From Octopus vulgaris (lineage: Eukaryota): 64,000 nt of DNA. Shown in pieces: positions 26,661 through 41,287 of this stretch. Under the pieces are notes generated by a model. The model was not told where the DNA came from. It searched no databases and saw only the letters and a list, made by a program, of their open reading frames with translations. Both the position numbers and the translations under genes were made by a program. Each line of letters starts with the position of its first letter. Positions within the stretch are counted from its first letter, which is position 1. The stretch spans positions 11,904,001 through 11,968,000 of the forward strand of contig OX597826.1 in the NCBI GenBank assembly GCA_951406725.2. The letters run 5' to 3'.

Positions 26661-26837
26661 AGGTATCCGCTGAAAGAATTGAAGCTGGTTAGACTTAGAG
26701 AAACTATGGGCATCAATTATACTGAGTAACACGAATTTTATCCTTGGGTAGCAAATGTTATTTCGTATTTGCTTACTTCTACAAATTATGGAAAATGGCT
26801 AATATTTTCTTAAAACTTTGTTTTAATTACATTTATT

Positions 26838-26950
26838 CAAATCCCAAAGATTCCCTCTCAATACATGGCTATGGTGCTCCCCACATTGCTACTGCTAGTG
26901 ATCAGAGATGCACTTATTGTCAGTCATTAAGGGACATGCATGAGTGGTTA
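26838..26950 (-). mobile_element. Fragment of the interspersed repeat at 34722-35185
   Basis: Reverse complement of about 34783-34895. Confidence 0.75.
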
Positions 26951-27272
26951 ACTCTATTACATAGTGTTATTTGTGTGCTCAAACTATTATGAACAATGAA
27001 GTAACTTACGCAGGATTGTCGTCCAGGCAAATAGTGAATGTATGGTCGCAGTCACCGCAGGGAAACGGCCAGTATCGAGGTTCGCAGCAGGTCCTATTTT
27101 GCAGGTAACCATTTGGATTGGTGAAATTAAGGAGCTTCACTTCTAAAATCCCCAGGCAATTGGCCCAGCATGGAAGCTGCAAAAGAAACGAACGTATATT
27201 TTGAATTACCGCTTATAAACATGCAGAACACACGTTATACTTACATATACGAACGAATATATATATATATAT

Positions 27273-27323
<51 letters not shown>

Positions 27324-27814
27324 ACACGCATACACACGCAATGAACTTAAAAAGAAAGAAGACACATCAGATTTAGCAAAATGCATTAGTTTAACGCTGA
27401 AAAGGAAAAGAAAGAGTCTTAAATCTGAGGGCGCAAATCCTTCACCAGAAGGAAAGGAAAATAAAAGAGAATGAAAAACAAAGACGTCTGAAAGAAGAAA
27501 AAAGGCGGGCCAAGTGGTCAGTGGCCAGGGGTAAATGCGGTTTTAGAAGGGAAGTTAAGAAGGGAGAAGGCATCACAATTGTTTTAACACATCTAGCATC
27601 GATCCCTCACGGGTAGGAGTCTTAGCAACTAGTTCAGGAGTATCTGGCGGTGCAGATGTGTCTCATCGGGTGATAAATAGACACAACTCGTTTAAATAAC
27701 AGTTTTGCAATTTATCTTCTCAGTTCGCAGAAAAAAATATATCTTCGGCTCTTTACGTCTTGATTGACGTTCTAAGTGGCAAAGAATGTCTTAATTAGGT
27801 ACTCATAGTCCTCT

Positions 27815-28276
27815 TCCTGCAACTTCTCTTATGACTGATCCTACCTATATTTGATGAGCAAGTTATGCTGCATAAGCTGCAAACAAGGAAGACGCTTCAG
27901 GACTGCAGTATGTTGTCTTTCTGGGGTTTTTTTTTTGGCGTTTTACTTCGAGGGCCCGGATATTTTCTCCCTCGAGCTTTTTGACTGCTTTCCTCACTTA
28001 AGTTTTCCATGTTGTTCTGGCTTCAGCTAACTTTCCTCAAGCTTTGGCACTTGACCAGCTTCTCTTATATGTGTCCTTAAATCCCAGCTTTTGTTATCCT
28101 CTGGGTCTCCTACCTCAAGCCAACTCGGCACATAACAGCTGTTTGGGAATTCTGTTGTCATCCATCCGCTTCACATATCCAACCCACTTCAGCCTCCTTT
28201 TGCACAGAATTGTTGTCATGCTCGGAAGTGCTGCCTGTTTCAAGACTTCCGTTTTGGTTACTTTGCCTTTCCAAGT
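27815..28276 (-). mobile_element. RTE (BovB-like) LINE 3' fragment
   Basis: WKGKVTKTEVLKQAALPSMTTILCKRRLKWVGYVKRMDDNRIPKQLLCAELA*GRRPRG*QKLGFKD, then CSLCSITCSSNIGRISHKRSC. Confidence 0.9.
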
Positions 28277-28507
28277 GTGTATGTGTGCGTGTGTGCGTGA
28301 GAGAGAGAGAAAGAGAGAAAGAGAGATAGGGAGAGAGGGAGAGAGAGAGAGAGAGAGTTATAAATGTCCCGAATTTAATATGTGTTTTGTTAAACGCTTT
28401 TGTTCTTAACACGCTTTTTTTTTACGTCTTTAGAGGGCCCTACCTTGGACGAAAACCCTCAGCCTTTTAGCAACACATTAAGAATGTGACATTTACAACG
28501 TTTGCAT

Positions 28508-28542
<35 letters not shown>

Positions 28543-28622
28543 GGGGAGAGAGAGAGGGGGGAGAGAGAGACAGGGAGAGATAGATAGATATAGATATATA
28601 TATATATATTATATATATATAC

Positions 28623-28724
<102 letters not shown>

Positions 28725-29119
28725 TTTGTATGCGTGTGTGTGTATGTTTGTATAAAACATGCATGTAGGCAACAAGAAGCAGATAAAGGTGTGAACAGGA
28801 ATCGGAATGCAAAGTGTGAATCATATAATCGGAAGTGAGGAAAACGAAAAAAAAAAAAACATGACATAGAAAAAGGGGGAAAAGAGTATAAAAAGTAGGT
28901 GTTCAGAGAGAGAGAGAAAAAAAAACAGAAATAAATGTTTATGGTTTAAGGTTGCACAGTTGACAGTTGCAGAGAGACTTAAGAGATCCGAGATGGTAAA
29001 TTGGTAAAATCCAGGACTTGAATATTCCAGATATAAAATACGTAGGAGAGGAACAACCGGAAAAAATAAAGTTAGAAAATGTGGTGTGATATTTTCGTTC
29101 GGTATATCTTTATGTTAAT

Positions 29120-29535
29120 AGCGCAGGAGTGGCTGTGTGGTAAGTAGCTTGTTTACCAACCGCATGGTTCCGGGTTCAGTCCCACTGCGTGGCACCTTGG
29201 GCAAGTGTCTTCTACTATAGCCTCGGGCCGACCAAAGCCTTGTGAGTGGATTTGGTAGACGGAAACTGAAAGAAGCCTGTCGTATATATGTATATATATG
29301 TATATGTATGTGTGTGTTTGTGTGTCTGTGTTTGCCCCCTAGCATTGCTTGACAACCGATGCTGGTGTGTTTACGTCCCCGTTACTTAGCGGTTCGGCAA
29401 AAGACACCGATAGAATAAGTACTGGGCTTACAAAGAATAAGTCCCGGGGTCGATTTGCTCGACTAAAGGCGGTGCTCCAGCATGGCCGCAATCAAATGAC
29501 TGAAACAAGTAAAAGAGTAAAAGAGTAAAAGAGTA
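29120..29535 (+). mobile_element. Family B SINE
   Basis: Family B pattern. Confidence 0.93.
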
Positions 29536-29641
29536 TACAACTTTTTCTCATAAATCTCAAAGAGTCACAGAACAGTAAGAATGGAATTGGCATAGTCAGT
29601 CGTGAACACAATGACCTCGGTATCAAAGTCAAAGCTATCTA

Positions 29642-29860
29642 CGTGGGGGATCTGAAAATTTCCTGGCTTTGAGTAAAAAAAAAACATAGAAGGATCAGTT
29701 AATTATGATTTTATCCAACATACACTTCTCACAGATTGACGCACTTCTTTCGGCGATCCTTCAATTTTTCTAAGCCCTGTAAAAGAACACAGAAGGTTGG
29801 GTCTCCAGCCAGGCCTATCACGATACTCTTAAAGCCAGGAGGTTTTCAGAACCTCCTCAC
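29642..29860. mobile_element. Mariner-derived MITE
   Basis: Imperfect TIRs TA-CGTGGGGGATCTGAAAATTTCCTGGCTTT / AAAGCCAGGAGGTTTTCAGAACCTCCTCAC. Confidence 0.7.
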
Positions 29861-30008
29861 AATAACCTTAAAGTAGATATTTTAGAGCTTCTGTAGAAAG
29901 CATACTGGTACATGGATTTGTATACTGGACATTTACGAAAGTAATGGAAACCGGAGTCAATAGAACATTTGCCAAGTTGTTAGAAAAGTTAATAACGTTA
30001 AAATTTAT

Positions 30009-30413
30009 AGGCGCAGGCGTGGCTGTGTGGTAAGTAGCTTGCTTGCCAACCACATGGTTTCGGGTTCAGTCCCACTGCGTGGCACCTTGGGCAAGTGTCT
30101 TCTACAATAGCCTCGGGCCGAACAAAGTCTTGTGAGTGGATTTGGTAGACGGAAACTGAAAGAAGCCCGTCGTATATATGTATATGTATTTATATATATA
30201 TATATATGTGTTTGTGTGTCTGTGTTCGTCCTCCCAACATCGCTTGACAACCGATGCTGGTGTGTTTACGTCCCCGTAACTTAGCGGTTCGGCAATAGAG
30301 ACCGATAGAAGTACTAGGCTTACAAAGAATAAGTCCTGGGGTAGATTTGTTCTACTAAAGGCGGTGCTGCAGCATGGCCGCACTCAAATGACTGAAACAA
30401 GTAAAAGAGAGTA
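30009..30413 (+). mobile_element. Family B SINE
   Basis: Family B pattern. Confidence 0.93.
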
Positions 30414-30708
30414 ATGTGTAACGTTTCTTGCAAGCAATATTTACCGAAGAGTGTAGAGAATGGAAATATGAGATTACTAACAGGAACATATCACATAAAG
30501 CTGGCTTATGTATGTGGGACACTGGTGGTGAAAATAAAAGATGAAGTCGTGCATCAATTATTGCTATGGGAAACCAGAAAATGGTGAATGAAAAAAGATG
30601 TATTTCTTGTCAAACATGGGCAACAGTTCACGGAAGACACAGGCTTTGATGATGGAGGCCAGGAAAGCGCAAAAGAGAAAAGCCAACAGGATTCGTGTAG
30701 ACTAGACG

Positions 30709-30742
<34 letters not shown>

Positions 30743-31105
30743 AATTAGATACAGCATGTTAAATACTTTAAGTAGAGCTAAAATGATCCAATATGTATGC
30801 GATGATAAGCCAGGAAACTGAAACTTTTTTTTATTAAATTAAATGACAGTTTATCGAAGACAGCGCACGCTACGATTCAATGTCAAATCCTGATTCACCA
30901 GTAAAAGAAATAATTGTGTACATATATGGCAGTCATTTAAATACAGTTTTCGGTTATTCCGTATCTTAACAGTCAAATGCTGATAATAAAGCGGTTATCT
31001 TATCAAGTGCTGATACCGAATTTATCACTGTGCACATATTGCAGAATCTATGCTCTTTAAAACAGCTTCTACTATATGTACACAATGTGGTTTATGTAAC
31101 AAAAG

Positions 31106-31162
<57 letters not shown>

Positions 31163-31689
31163 ACCAAAAATGGTTTCGAAGGCGGTTACCATGTTTCCTT
31201 TTAAGTTGGTTTTCAATGCCGGTTAACCACAGCGAATGTTGGTGATATCCGAGTTAGTAATAAGTTCCTAGACTCTCGTTTATTCTTCCTGAAAAGTACT
31301 ATAAGGAAGCACTTGTTTGTAGAATACCCAAGCACTTAAACACTAATTCGAGGAGTTCGGTAGCTCAGTTGATAGATCAGTTAAAATCTTATAGTTGGAA
31401 ATTGTGCCCGAGATCCATGTACGTACACACGCACACGAGAAAGCATGTAGACGCACAAACACACAGACACACACATCACACTCACACACACACGTGCGCG
31501 CATCCACACACATGCGCGCGTGCACACACGCACACACGACGAACGGCAGAGTTGGCTCTTATACACACGTCATTGGTCTGCTTTTTGCTATCGTAGAAGA
31601 TATTAGCACAAGATGACACGTAGTGCGCTGCGACTAAATACTACAAGACTACGTATAAGTGAATAAAACTTATTTGCCACACAGCCTAT

Positions 31690-31903
31690 ACTCTTTACTC
31701 TTTTACTTGTTTCAGTCATTTGACTGCGGCCATGCTGGAGCACCGCCTTTAGTCGAGCAAATCGACCCCAGGACTTATTCTTTGTAAGCCTAGTACTTGT
31801 TCTATCGGTCTCTTTTGCCGAACCGCTAAGTTGCGGGGACGTAAACACACCAGCATAGGTTGTCAAGCGATTTGGGGGGACAAACACTGACACGCATACA
31901 TAT

Positions 31904-31958
<55 letters not shown>

Positions 31959-32072
31959 CTTGCTCGCTTAGCCAGCGGGGTGGCGTCATTCGAAGGCTAA
32001 AACAATACGTACGCATTGTGATCAGCGATATGTAACTACCTCTGATGGACTGGTCGGTCACGTGATCACATG

Positions 32073-32110
<38 letters not shown>

Positions 32111-32282
32111 CATATATACGACGGGCTTCTTTCAGTTTCCGTCTACCAAATCCACTCACAAGGCTTTGGTCGGCCCGAGGCTATAGTAGAAGACACTTGC
32201 CCAATGTGCCACTGAGTGGAACTGAACTCGGAACCATGTGGTTCGTAAGCAAGCTGCTTACCACATAGCCACTCCTACGCCT
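31690..32282 (-). mobile_element. Family B SINE with a nested insertion in its microsatellite
   Basis: The two SINE halves are separated by a TA tract containing 31957-32073. Confidence 0.92.
31957..32073 (+). mobile_element. Short retroposon 3' end inserted in (TA)n
   Basis: Copy of 6883-7004 with the same 5' start GGCTTGCTCGCTTAG. Confidence 0.75.
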
Positions 32283-33189
32283 ATATCTATGAAAATATTT
32301 TTTAAAATGTCTCTAATGTAGAGATTTCTTTATGAAACTGTGGTTACCATGTAATAGTTTTGAAGATAGCAATAAGCTTATGAACGGGTTTTAATCGTTG
32401 TTAAAATGAAAATAATGGAATAGAGATGATTATATGAAGTAAGTTGAAGTGAATTAAATTCTGATAGAGAGGGAAGTGATAGCAACTTTCAATTTATTCG
32501 TAATTTGTTACTAGAAGATGGCTGCTGTGTAAGTGAAAAAGATACACAGATCGTTTAGACATCAACCATTATAAAATATAGTAAGACATCTTGTCTAGCT
32601 TGTATGATAAAATGTTTCAAGAAATTAATAAAGAGGATATAAATATCGTCTACTATTTTTTCGAAGATAACAGTTTTAAAGATTGTCTGATTTTGTACAT
32701 TGAGCGGGAGAGACAGAACAAATTTAAATCACAAAAAGCTGTCATGAAATGAAATAAAAAAGAGAGGCAAAAATAATATAATAAATGAATACATTAGATG
32801 TACGTTGTGGTATTCATTACCGTAAAAGTTTATTTACAAATGGTCTTAGTTTAAGTTTTGTTATAAAACCGCAGGAAAAGCATTTGGACGCTAAAATGTG
32901 GCAACAGAGTAATGTAATTAGATACTGTCAAAAATACTAGAAGAGTACAATAAAATAGTGAAATATATCCATGTATTTTCGTTGTTAGTCGAATGGTCAG
33001 AAAAGATTGTTGGACTAAAGGAGAGTTAATTTCCAGTGACAGAATTAGCTACAGAAAAAGCAATTTTGAAATGCTTAAGTGTTTTCCAAGCTTTTTGTCG
33101 ACAAATCTTGACAGATGGTTAATAAGAGACGGTCTGCATTATTTTGTAGGTAGTAATCTAGGTAGAATATATAACTGTTTCTGTTGTTG

Positions 33190-33900
33190 TTGTTGGTTTT
33201 GCCGGTGCTGGTGATGTTTGTGGTTCTCGTCCCGGCGTAGGTAGCAGTGGAGGCCGTAGGTAGCAGCGAGCAGTCAAATGAGTCGTTTCTCCACACCTGA
33301 AATAATGCGGTATTTTGCCTTCAGTCATGATATGTATCACCATCCCGTTGTGGAAACGGATGTTGTCCGGGATTTTTTTTATGTTTTCGGGTCTGATCTG
33401 GAGAAGTATTACCAGGTCAACTCCTGATCAGTCCTCCCTGGCAGTTCTTGTCGCCTCCATAGGGACAGTATCCGTCCCCTCTACGATTACGCATTCCAGA
33501 AGCCATCAAATATCTAGTCCTGGGCTGCACATTTCTCCATGTGGGAGGGGTACATGATGACGTTGCTGATTTTGCAGGGGTCATTGAAAGTTTCACAGCG
33601 TGGGCTTCTGGTTTAAACAGTACCAAAATGGTGTCATATTGTTTGCCCCTCGCTATGTATTCGATGTCATTTCTTATGCACCTCAGCGCCGCCTCAATAT
33701 CTACTTGGTCTATCAAAGCCGCTCTTTTCGTGTCTGTTGAGCTGCATCTGAAAAACTCCGTTCTTCTCTCCCCTGCTTCAATTGCCTCTGATGGGTTTGT
33801 CAGATTTGCCCAATTGTTCTCTTGTTTAATTAGTTTCCATGCCTCTGCGAGCATTTGCTCCCTATTTGTGAGGTCTACGGTATATCGGTGTTTGGTCTTG
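33190..33900 (-). mobile_element. Decayed L1/Tx1-like LINE ORF1 (gag-like, zinc knuckle)
   Basis: ORF 33417-33854 and 33158-33343 IHIMTEGKIPHYFRCGETTHLTARC (degenerate CX2CX4HX4C); frameshifted. Confidence 0.6.
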
Positions 33901-34126
33901 GCTGCTGCTGCTGCAAAACTATTTTTGATGTTTTTATTTGTACTGTTTTCGTTGTTTTTGTTTTTGTCACTGCTACTGCTGCTACTGCCGTTGTTGTCGT
34001 TCTAATCGATGCGATGCTGTTGCTATTGGTTTTGTTGTCTCTCGTTGCTCTCGTTGTTGTCGTTATTGTTGTCGCTATCGCTACTGCTACTGCTGTTGCT
34101 TCCTTTTTCGTGTTAGTTGCTGCTCT

Positions 34127-34193
<67 letters not shown>

Positions 34194-34586
34194 GCTACTG
34201 CGGCTCCTCCCCTTCCCCTGTATTGTTGCTCGTGGTCGAGGGAAGAATATTACCAATATGGTAATAGTCTTCATCTATTACCATATTGGTATGAAGAGGT
34301 GTTTTCCCTCAAATCTTTTAAGACGCGTTCCACCATCTTATTGAGTTGTATTGATTCCATTAAATTTTAACGCCCACCGAATTTATTTGGTGGGCCGAAA
34401 ATCGCTACTCGGGGGGGGGGGCTACACAACCATCATACACCAGTAATAGGTTCCTGGTGCTTCTATTCACAAGGTGGAATAAAATAATTATTGCAAAAAG
34501 ACACCAAATCTTGTGTAAATAAATATTTTGAACTGAACTTGAAGCGTTCGAAAACAGGTCCGATGTGTTCCGCAGCAAATATAATG

Positions 34587-34645
<59 letters not shown>

Positions 34646-34721
34646 GATGGATGATAACGATGTTAACAACAACAACAATAACAACAAGAACAACAACAGC
34701 AACAACAACAATAATAACGAT

Positions 34722-35184
34722 AAATGGCCTACAGCAAATATTCTGCTCAATACAAACATATTTGCTTGTCAGTTGTTTGACCTTAACCAGTTGAGCATGT
34801 CCCTTAGTGGCTGACGATATGTGCATCTCTGATCACGAGCAGAAGTAGTGGGGAGCATCATAGCCATGTGTTGAGAGGGATTCTTTGTGGTTTGGAAAAT
34901 TTACCTTTGGAAACATGGGTGTTTCCATCAACATCATTAAACAACCATTATTCAGGGACCTTTTGAGCGGGATGGGTTACTCGACCAGAAGAAAATTCTA
35001 ACTGGGTCCCACCTGCAAGGTCAAGCGCTGTTTATCTTGATATGAGATCTCCATGTCGCGCACATATGGTTGTGATGCATGTGACTTGTGTACCCTTATC
35101 AGACGGGTAGTCATGATGGGTATACTGGGCTTCGTATATTTTACCCCAGTGTCACTTTCATGGCATGCACTGCTCTCTCACTCA

Positions 35185-35185
<1 letters not shown>
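34722..35185 (+). mobile_element. Non-autonomous interspersed repeat embedded in (AAT)n/(AAC)n
   Basis: Second partial copy at 26838; flanked by trinucleotide tracts on both sides. Confidence 0.65.
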
Positions 35186-35242
<57 letters not shown>

Positions 35243-35355
35243 TAATAATAATAATAATAATAATAATGATAATAATAATAATAATAAGAAGAAGTAAAAG
35301 AATAATAATAATAATAATAAGAAGAAGAACAACAACAATAATAATAATAATAGTA

Positions 35356-35394
<39 letters not shown>

Positions 35395-36133
35395 GTAATA
35401 ATAATAACAATAACAATAATAATAATAACAAAAAGCTGGCTGAAAACTTTAATGATATACTGGCAGAGTCAGAGACAATGCCTGAATGGCTCACGAAAGG
35501 GAAAAACCATCTTAATAATAATAATAATAATAATAATAATATAATGGTGTTGAAGAAATGCGGAAAATCGAAAAGATGACAAATACAGAGAATGAAATAT
35601 CACAGACCGTAATGATCCTAAAATTATATGAGAATCCTAAAGGAACCTGTCAATGTGAGGAGTGATACAATTTTGAACGATCTATATAGTTTGTGTTCAT
35701 TCGTAAATGAGTTTACAAAGAACAAGATAAAAAAAAAAACGAAGAAAAATAAAACTTACATCGAGAAGCAGATTAACGTAGCGAAAATAACGGACAGAAG
35801 ATTGATCACCACAGGCGAGAATGGTAAAAGCAAGCATAACACCAGAACAATAAACAGAGAAAATAACAACGGAAAGATTAACCCACACATTGCAAAATGG
35901 GCAACTGGAAAGGGCTTTGGAAATGACAACGTGTCAACTTTCTGGATAAAATATCTAAAATATTAACCCCAAAGAAATTGAACATTTATTCGAAGTGTTA
36001 CTGAAAGGACCATAAACAACACAGTTGGAAGAAATAGCATCGAATTTCACAAACTGGAAATACATATGATCTCAAAAATATGGAGTCCGTAATCTGCTGG
36101 TTCGAATACAATGCGTGTGAATCTACCCTACTA

Positions 36134-36700
36134 TTGGGTTTTCCGGAAAGTTCGTGCCGATTTTTAAAGGAAAGAAAATGGTCAACAAATACTTGCCATT
36201 ACATTTTTAATCAACCAAATATGAACCATTTTGTTGCACAATGCATCTCAATCTTTCCTTTAGCTTGAAAATACCCTCTAACTCAGAATTGAGGTGATTT
36301 CATGGCAAAGAATTGATCAAGGTATCTTTTTATGTCATCCAAGGAATTGAAATTTTTACCATTAAGACTATTTTTCAGAGACCTGAATAAGTGGAAATCC
36401 GAAGGAGCAATATCTGGTGAATATGGAGGGTGGGGTAACACATCCCAGCCAAGCTGCAGCAATTTTTGTCTGGTTCCCAAAGCATCAAGTGCCGAAAATG
36501 AAATTTCTTATCTTCCGTTTTAAAGGGTTACAGAATTAACACAGGTTATAGGAACATAAACCTTCTTCTACGAAAAGATAGCTTAAACTGTGCTCTAAAT
36601 GTAGGTGTAGTGAAATCTTATTTTATGGACTCAACCATGTTCTAAAATAAGTCGAAAGGTAAGCTACTATAAATCTGCACGAACTTTCCAGACAACCCAA
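36134..36700 (-). mobile_element. Internally deleted mariner transposon
   Basis: TIRs TA-TTGGGTTTTCCGGAAAGTTCGTGC / GCACGAACTTTCCAGACAACCCAA-TA; ORF 36283-36480 contains WDVLPHPPYSPDIAPSDFHLF. Confidence 0.95.
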
Positions 36701-36768
36701 TACAAAAAGAAAAGTGAAAACATAAATGCTTGCGGAAGAACAGTAAATATTCCGACGTTTATATTCTT

Positions 36769-37128
36769 TCTTACTCTAGGCACAAGGCCTGAAATTTTTG
36801 TGGAGGTAGGGCCAGTCGATTACATCGACCCGAGTATGGACCCCAAAAGGATGAAAGGCAAAATCGACCTCGGCAGAGTTTGAACTCAGACGAAATACCT
36901 ATTTCTCTACTGCCCACAAGGAGCTACACAAAGAGGGGACAAACAAGGACAGACAAATGGATTAAGTCGATTATATCGACCCCAGTGCGTAACTGATATT
37001 TAATCGACCCCGAAAGGATGAAAGGCAAAGTCGACCTCGGTGGAATTTGAACTCAGAACGTAACGGCAGACGAAATACGGCTACGCATTTCGCCCGGCGT
37101 GCTAACGTTTCTGCCAGCTCGCCGCCTT
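36769..37128 (-). mobile_element. Family A SINE, dimeric form
   Basis: Same head, tail 1, restart, tail 2 organisation as 10095-10490. Confidence 0.9.
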
Positions 37129-39586
37129 ATTCTGCCACTTATATTCACCTAGAGGTGATTAACAGATAACTGAAGACAGCAGAAGAAAGCAATGTCAAAG
37201 CTTGGCATTGATTGATTTGAAGAAATCTTTTGACTGCTTTTGATCACTCGTAGAATCAAGAAATATTAAAGACATGTAAGGCAGCTCATTAAATAGGCAA
37301 GTAGTTATAACATGCAAACAAAATACGGACATTTCTATTATAATACAAAAGAGAATAATAACAATCTGTAGCGGAATATTTCAAGCGACTGGCTCCTCTT
37401 CATTAATGTTCGTTCTTGAATTTACGTTATAAGTGAATATTCTAAAGGAAACTGGATGTGGATATAGATGCTATCGAGTCACAATCAAATATCTTCTGGA
37501 GAACATATATCTAGACTTTCTGCTACTGCTATCTACCGAAAGGTATCGGAGGCAGGACCGTTCTTAGAAACAAATTCTGTTGGAAAATTTTCCAGAGAAA
37601 TTTTCATTTGGTGACTCTTCAAAAACACTCGCGTTAGCGAGTGTTTTTTTTATATCTGTTCCGGCGATTAGGCACAGTTGCGGCATTGGATTTAATGTTG
37701 AAAGGTCATACAGATCAGAAAATCCATGGTGACCCTTCTCGATCACATGCCGTCCCAAGTAACCGCCCATATTGCTCTACACAACCTATAATGAGGTAGG
37801 CGCCAACATTATTTCCTATGTTCCTGGCTGCTATCCTTGTATTATGTTTTGTAACAATACAGGGAAAAAAGTTATTGAGTAACTGTTTCGTATAAGATAT
37901 TTCAGATCTCAACGTCTGGCCTTTGGTCTATAGACATTACTTTAGTACTTAGCCTTCTCTGTGAAGCAAAATCTTGACTATATATTTGCCAGGGCTTTCG
38001 TTAATTAGTCCTTCCAACGCACAGGAAAAGTAGCCCAATACTTTGCGAGGCAAATTACTTGTGAGGCAAATTCAAGTTTTTCCTTGCTCACTCTCGAATA
38101 AGTTTCTGGGAAAGAAAATATTATCCATAAAATATAATACGCTACTGCTTTGTTTGGGACCTTCTCTCCCCGTACTTAGAATTTCAATGTTGCAGGTAAC
38201 ATTGAAATTTGTATCCTTGTGTACATTTCTGTCTTAATTAGGATATCTCTTTGTGAAGGCTAATATTATTGTTTTGTCTTCTTCGGTCTTCTAAATATAT
38301 TAATAAATGCATGAACTAGCATAAGTTTTTGTTACTATTTGTATATCGTGCAAATTCCTATTTTAAGAATCTGTTTATGCCTTCATCTGGTTATGCTTTC
38401 TGGTGTACTGATTGTTTTAATATAATTTTCCTCTTTGTTTTTGTAAGTTTGTTTATCATTTTCGTTGATGTTGCTAAGAAGGAGAATCACTACCACTGAC
38501 TTTTTTTATTAATATCTTTCACTACTCATCTCTCACAGGAAGAGATGTTAAATATTTAAATTAGAAGAATAAGATGCTTTCTGACAGCAATGAATGTTGA
38601 CAGACATTCGAATGTAGCATATCGGTCGCAAGATTTTGCCTGACAGTCTCTGACTTCTCCGATTTAAACTGCTTGTAATCTAGCATTTTCTAGTGCTAAT
38701 TCCTTACAAACTTGCTCATTTTTCTTTGTACTAAAATAAATATTTGTAATTACTCCGATTAACTCCTGCTTGACCAACGTGCTAATCCAATCCATGTTGA
38801 CAACGACGCACTCAGATCCCAGTAATCTGGTCTGTTTCTATATCTTACTTAATTTAATTGTGCACATCACCAACTTTAGACAACTACACAACATTGTGAA
38901 CACACTGTGATATCCCTATCTGCTGAAGTAACGAGGTGTAAACCAAGCAGTGAGGCAGAAGACGTGTGAGTCCAGCAAGTACCTCTCACATTGATGGCTG
39001 TCACATCCAAATATATTGATTGATATCATTCAGAAAATGAGCATGCTTGAAACACCAGAAGTCATCCACGCTTTACAAAAGAGTCCCCCAATACAGCAGT
39101 GGCTGGAATTTATAGAGAGAACATGAAAACAGGGATTCATCAGGAAGTCATGACTTATTGTTCCTAAATTTTTCAGTACGATCTACTCAACAACGAAGGG
39201 ATATGGAAGTTGCATATCATTTCGTTATAGAAATGGATGAGAAACAGGAAAGCACAAATCAGGTTTTATTTGATTCAGTTTCTGTTTGAAAGGAAACATG
39301 GTATATCGTATTCACAATTGCAAAGCAAATATCATTTTTTGTAATATTTCACCGCTATTGTTGTCGTTGACATTTTTGAAAACGTTCTGCTCCACCAGGC
39401 ACTGTCGCCATTGTTGATGGAAGACCTATTGGCATATATGCCCAAGGTGATACATCATATATTTTGTATTATATAAAAAAAAAGATCTTAACATGAAATT
39501 ATTAAACACTCGCGTAGTAGAATCATCAATCGCCAAATGCAGACACAGTGTTAACATTACTGCCAGAAGCAGAAAAAGCATAATAT

Positions 39587-39591
39587 GTATG

Positions 39592-39684
<93 letters not shown>

Positions 39685-39704
39685 GTCTGTCTATTTATCT
39701 ATCC

Positions 39705-39750
<46 letters not shown>

Positions 39751-39751
39751 A

Positions 39752-39786
<35 letters not shown>

Positions 39787-39794
39787 GTCTGTCT

Positions 39795-39834
<40 letters not shown>

Positions 39835-39848
39835 CTGTCTGTCTATCT

Positions 39849-39896
<48 letters not shown>

Positions 39897-39932
39897 CTGT
39901 CTGTCTGTCTGTCTGTCTGTCTTCTCTGTCTG

Positions 39933-39982
<50 letters not shown>

Positions 39983-40000
39983 CTGCCTGTGTATCTGTCT

Positions 40001-40030
<30 letters not shown>
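39587..40030. repeat. (TATC)n/(TGTC)n microsatellite
   Basis: Directly visible. Confidence 0.95.
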
Positions 40031-40031
<1 letters not shown>

Positions 40032-40120
40032 CGTTTTTCTGACTGTCGGTCTGTATGTGTTTTCACCGCTAGTAGTAGAAATAGAAAAGAAATAGTTCAA
40101 TACACACCTGTTTGCAACAT

Positions 40121-40181
<61 letters not shown>

Positions 40182-40342
40182 ACACACACACACACTCACA
40201 CACACACACTCACATACATACACACACGCATACACAATGATATACATATGGCAATCTAACTTACGTTAGAGTAAAAAAAAAGATCATGAAATCTAAAGTG
40301 AAGCAGCGATGTGAAACAATCATTGTGACGGCTAAATCCACA

Positions 40343-40381
40343 ATACTACTACTACTACTACAACTACTACTACTACTACTA

Positions 40382-40444
<63 letters not shown>

Positions 40445-40590
40445 ATAATAATAATAATAATAATAATAATTATAATAATAATGATAATAATAAAAATAAA
40501 AATAATAATAATAATTACAATAATAATAATGATGATAATGATGATAATGATGATGATGATAGTAATAATAATAACAATAATAATAATAAA
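40343..40590. repeat. (ACT)n/(AAT)n/(GAT)n trinucleotide tract
   Basis: Directly visible. Confidence 0.95.
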
Positions 40591-40856
40591 AAATCCCGAT
40601 GACATTACATATGGTAATGGTTTTAACAGAGATACGATTCCTGTTTACTTGTCATTATACTCGGATATGTCATCTAAATATATATCTACAGGATCAATGC
40701 GAACTTCAATATAGACAATATAGATTAATATATGGCTGTTGCTCACGAGGTATTCCACTGAAGTCTACGTTGTTGTTACATTACATATACCTAATTCTTC
40801 TGTGTATGTGTGTGTGTGTGCATATGCATATATGTATATATATATATGTATATATG

Positions 40857-40888
<32 letters not shown>

Positions 40889-41287
40889 CGTGTGTGTGTG
40901 TGTCTGTGTGTGTGTGTGTGTGTGTGCGTGTGTGTGTTTGTGTGTGCATTTATATATGCATGTACATATATATGTATATATATACACATACACACACATA
41001 TATACACATATATTTGAGAAAGTTTGTACATACGTGCAACGTCTCGTGTTACCTCTGTACAGATGCTATCACCCACAAACAAGATCACTTACACCACAAT
41101 CTCTCAATTTGTTTTTATCATTTTACTGCTCTTCTTACATCTGATTAAAAGCTTTATATCGCCATTCATTCCATGACTATTCTTTCGGATTAACTCTCTC
41201 TCTCTCTCTCTCTCTCTCTTTTTCATCACTCAATTCTCTCCGTATTTGTTAATTATTCCCCCCTATTTTATCTGACTGACACTCGCA

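Larger units (their letters stand above)
35430..37500 (+). mobile_element. Decayed R4/Dong-like non-LTR retrotransposon RT fragments, interrupted by mariner and SINE
   Basis: MPEWLTKGKTIL, KGFGNDNVSTFWIKYL, IDLKKSFD (about 37210), GIFQ...SLMF, LKETGCGYR; adjacent to (AAT)n, the known Dong target type. Confidence 0.6.

Noticed and set aside
37560-38450. Second LINE ORF1 remnant on the minus strand
   Set aside because: Only a vague resemblance with no diagnostic motif.
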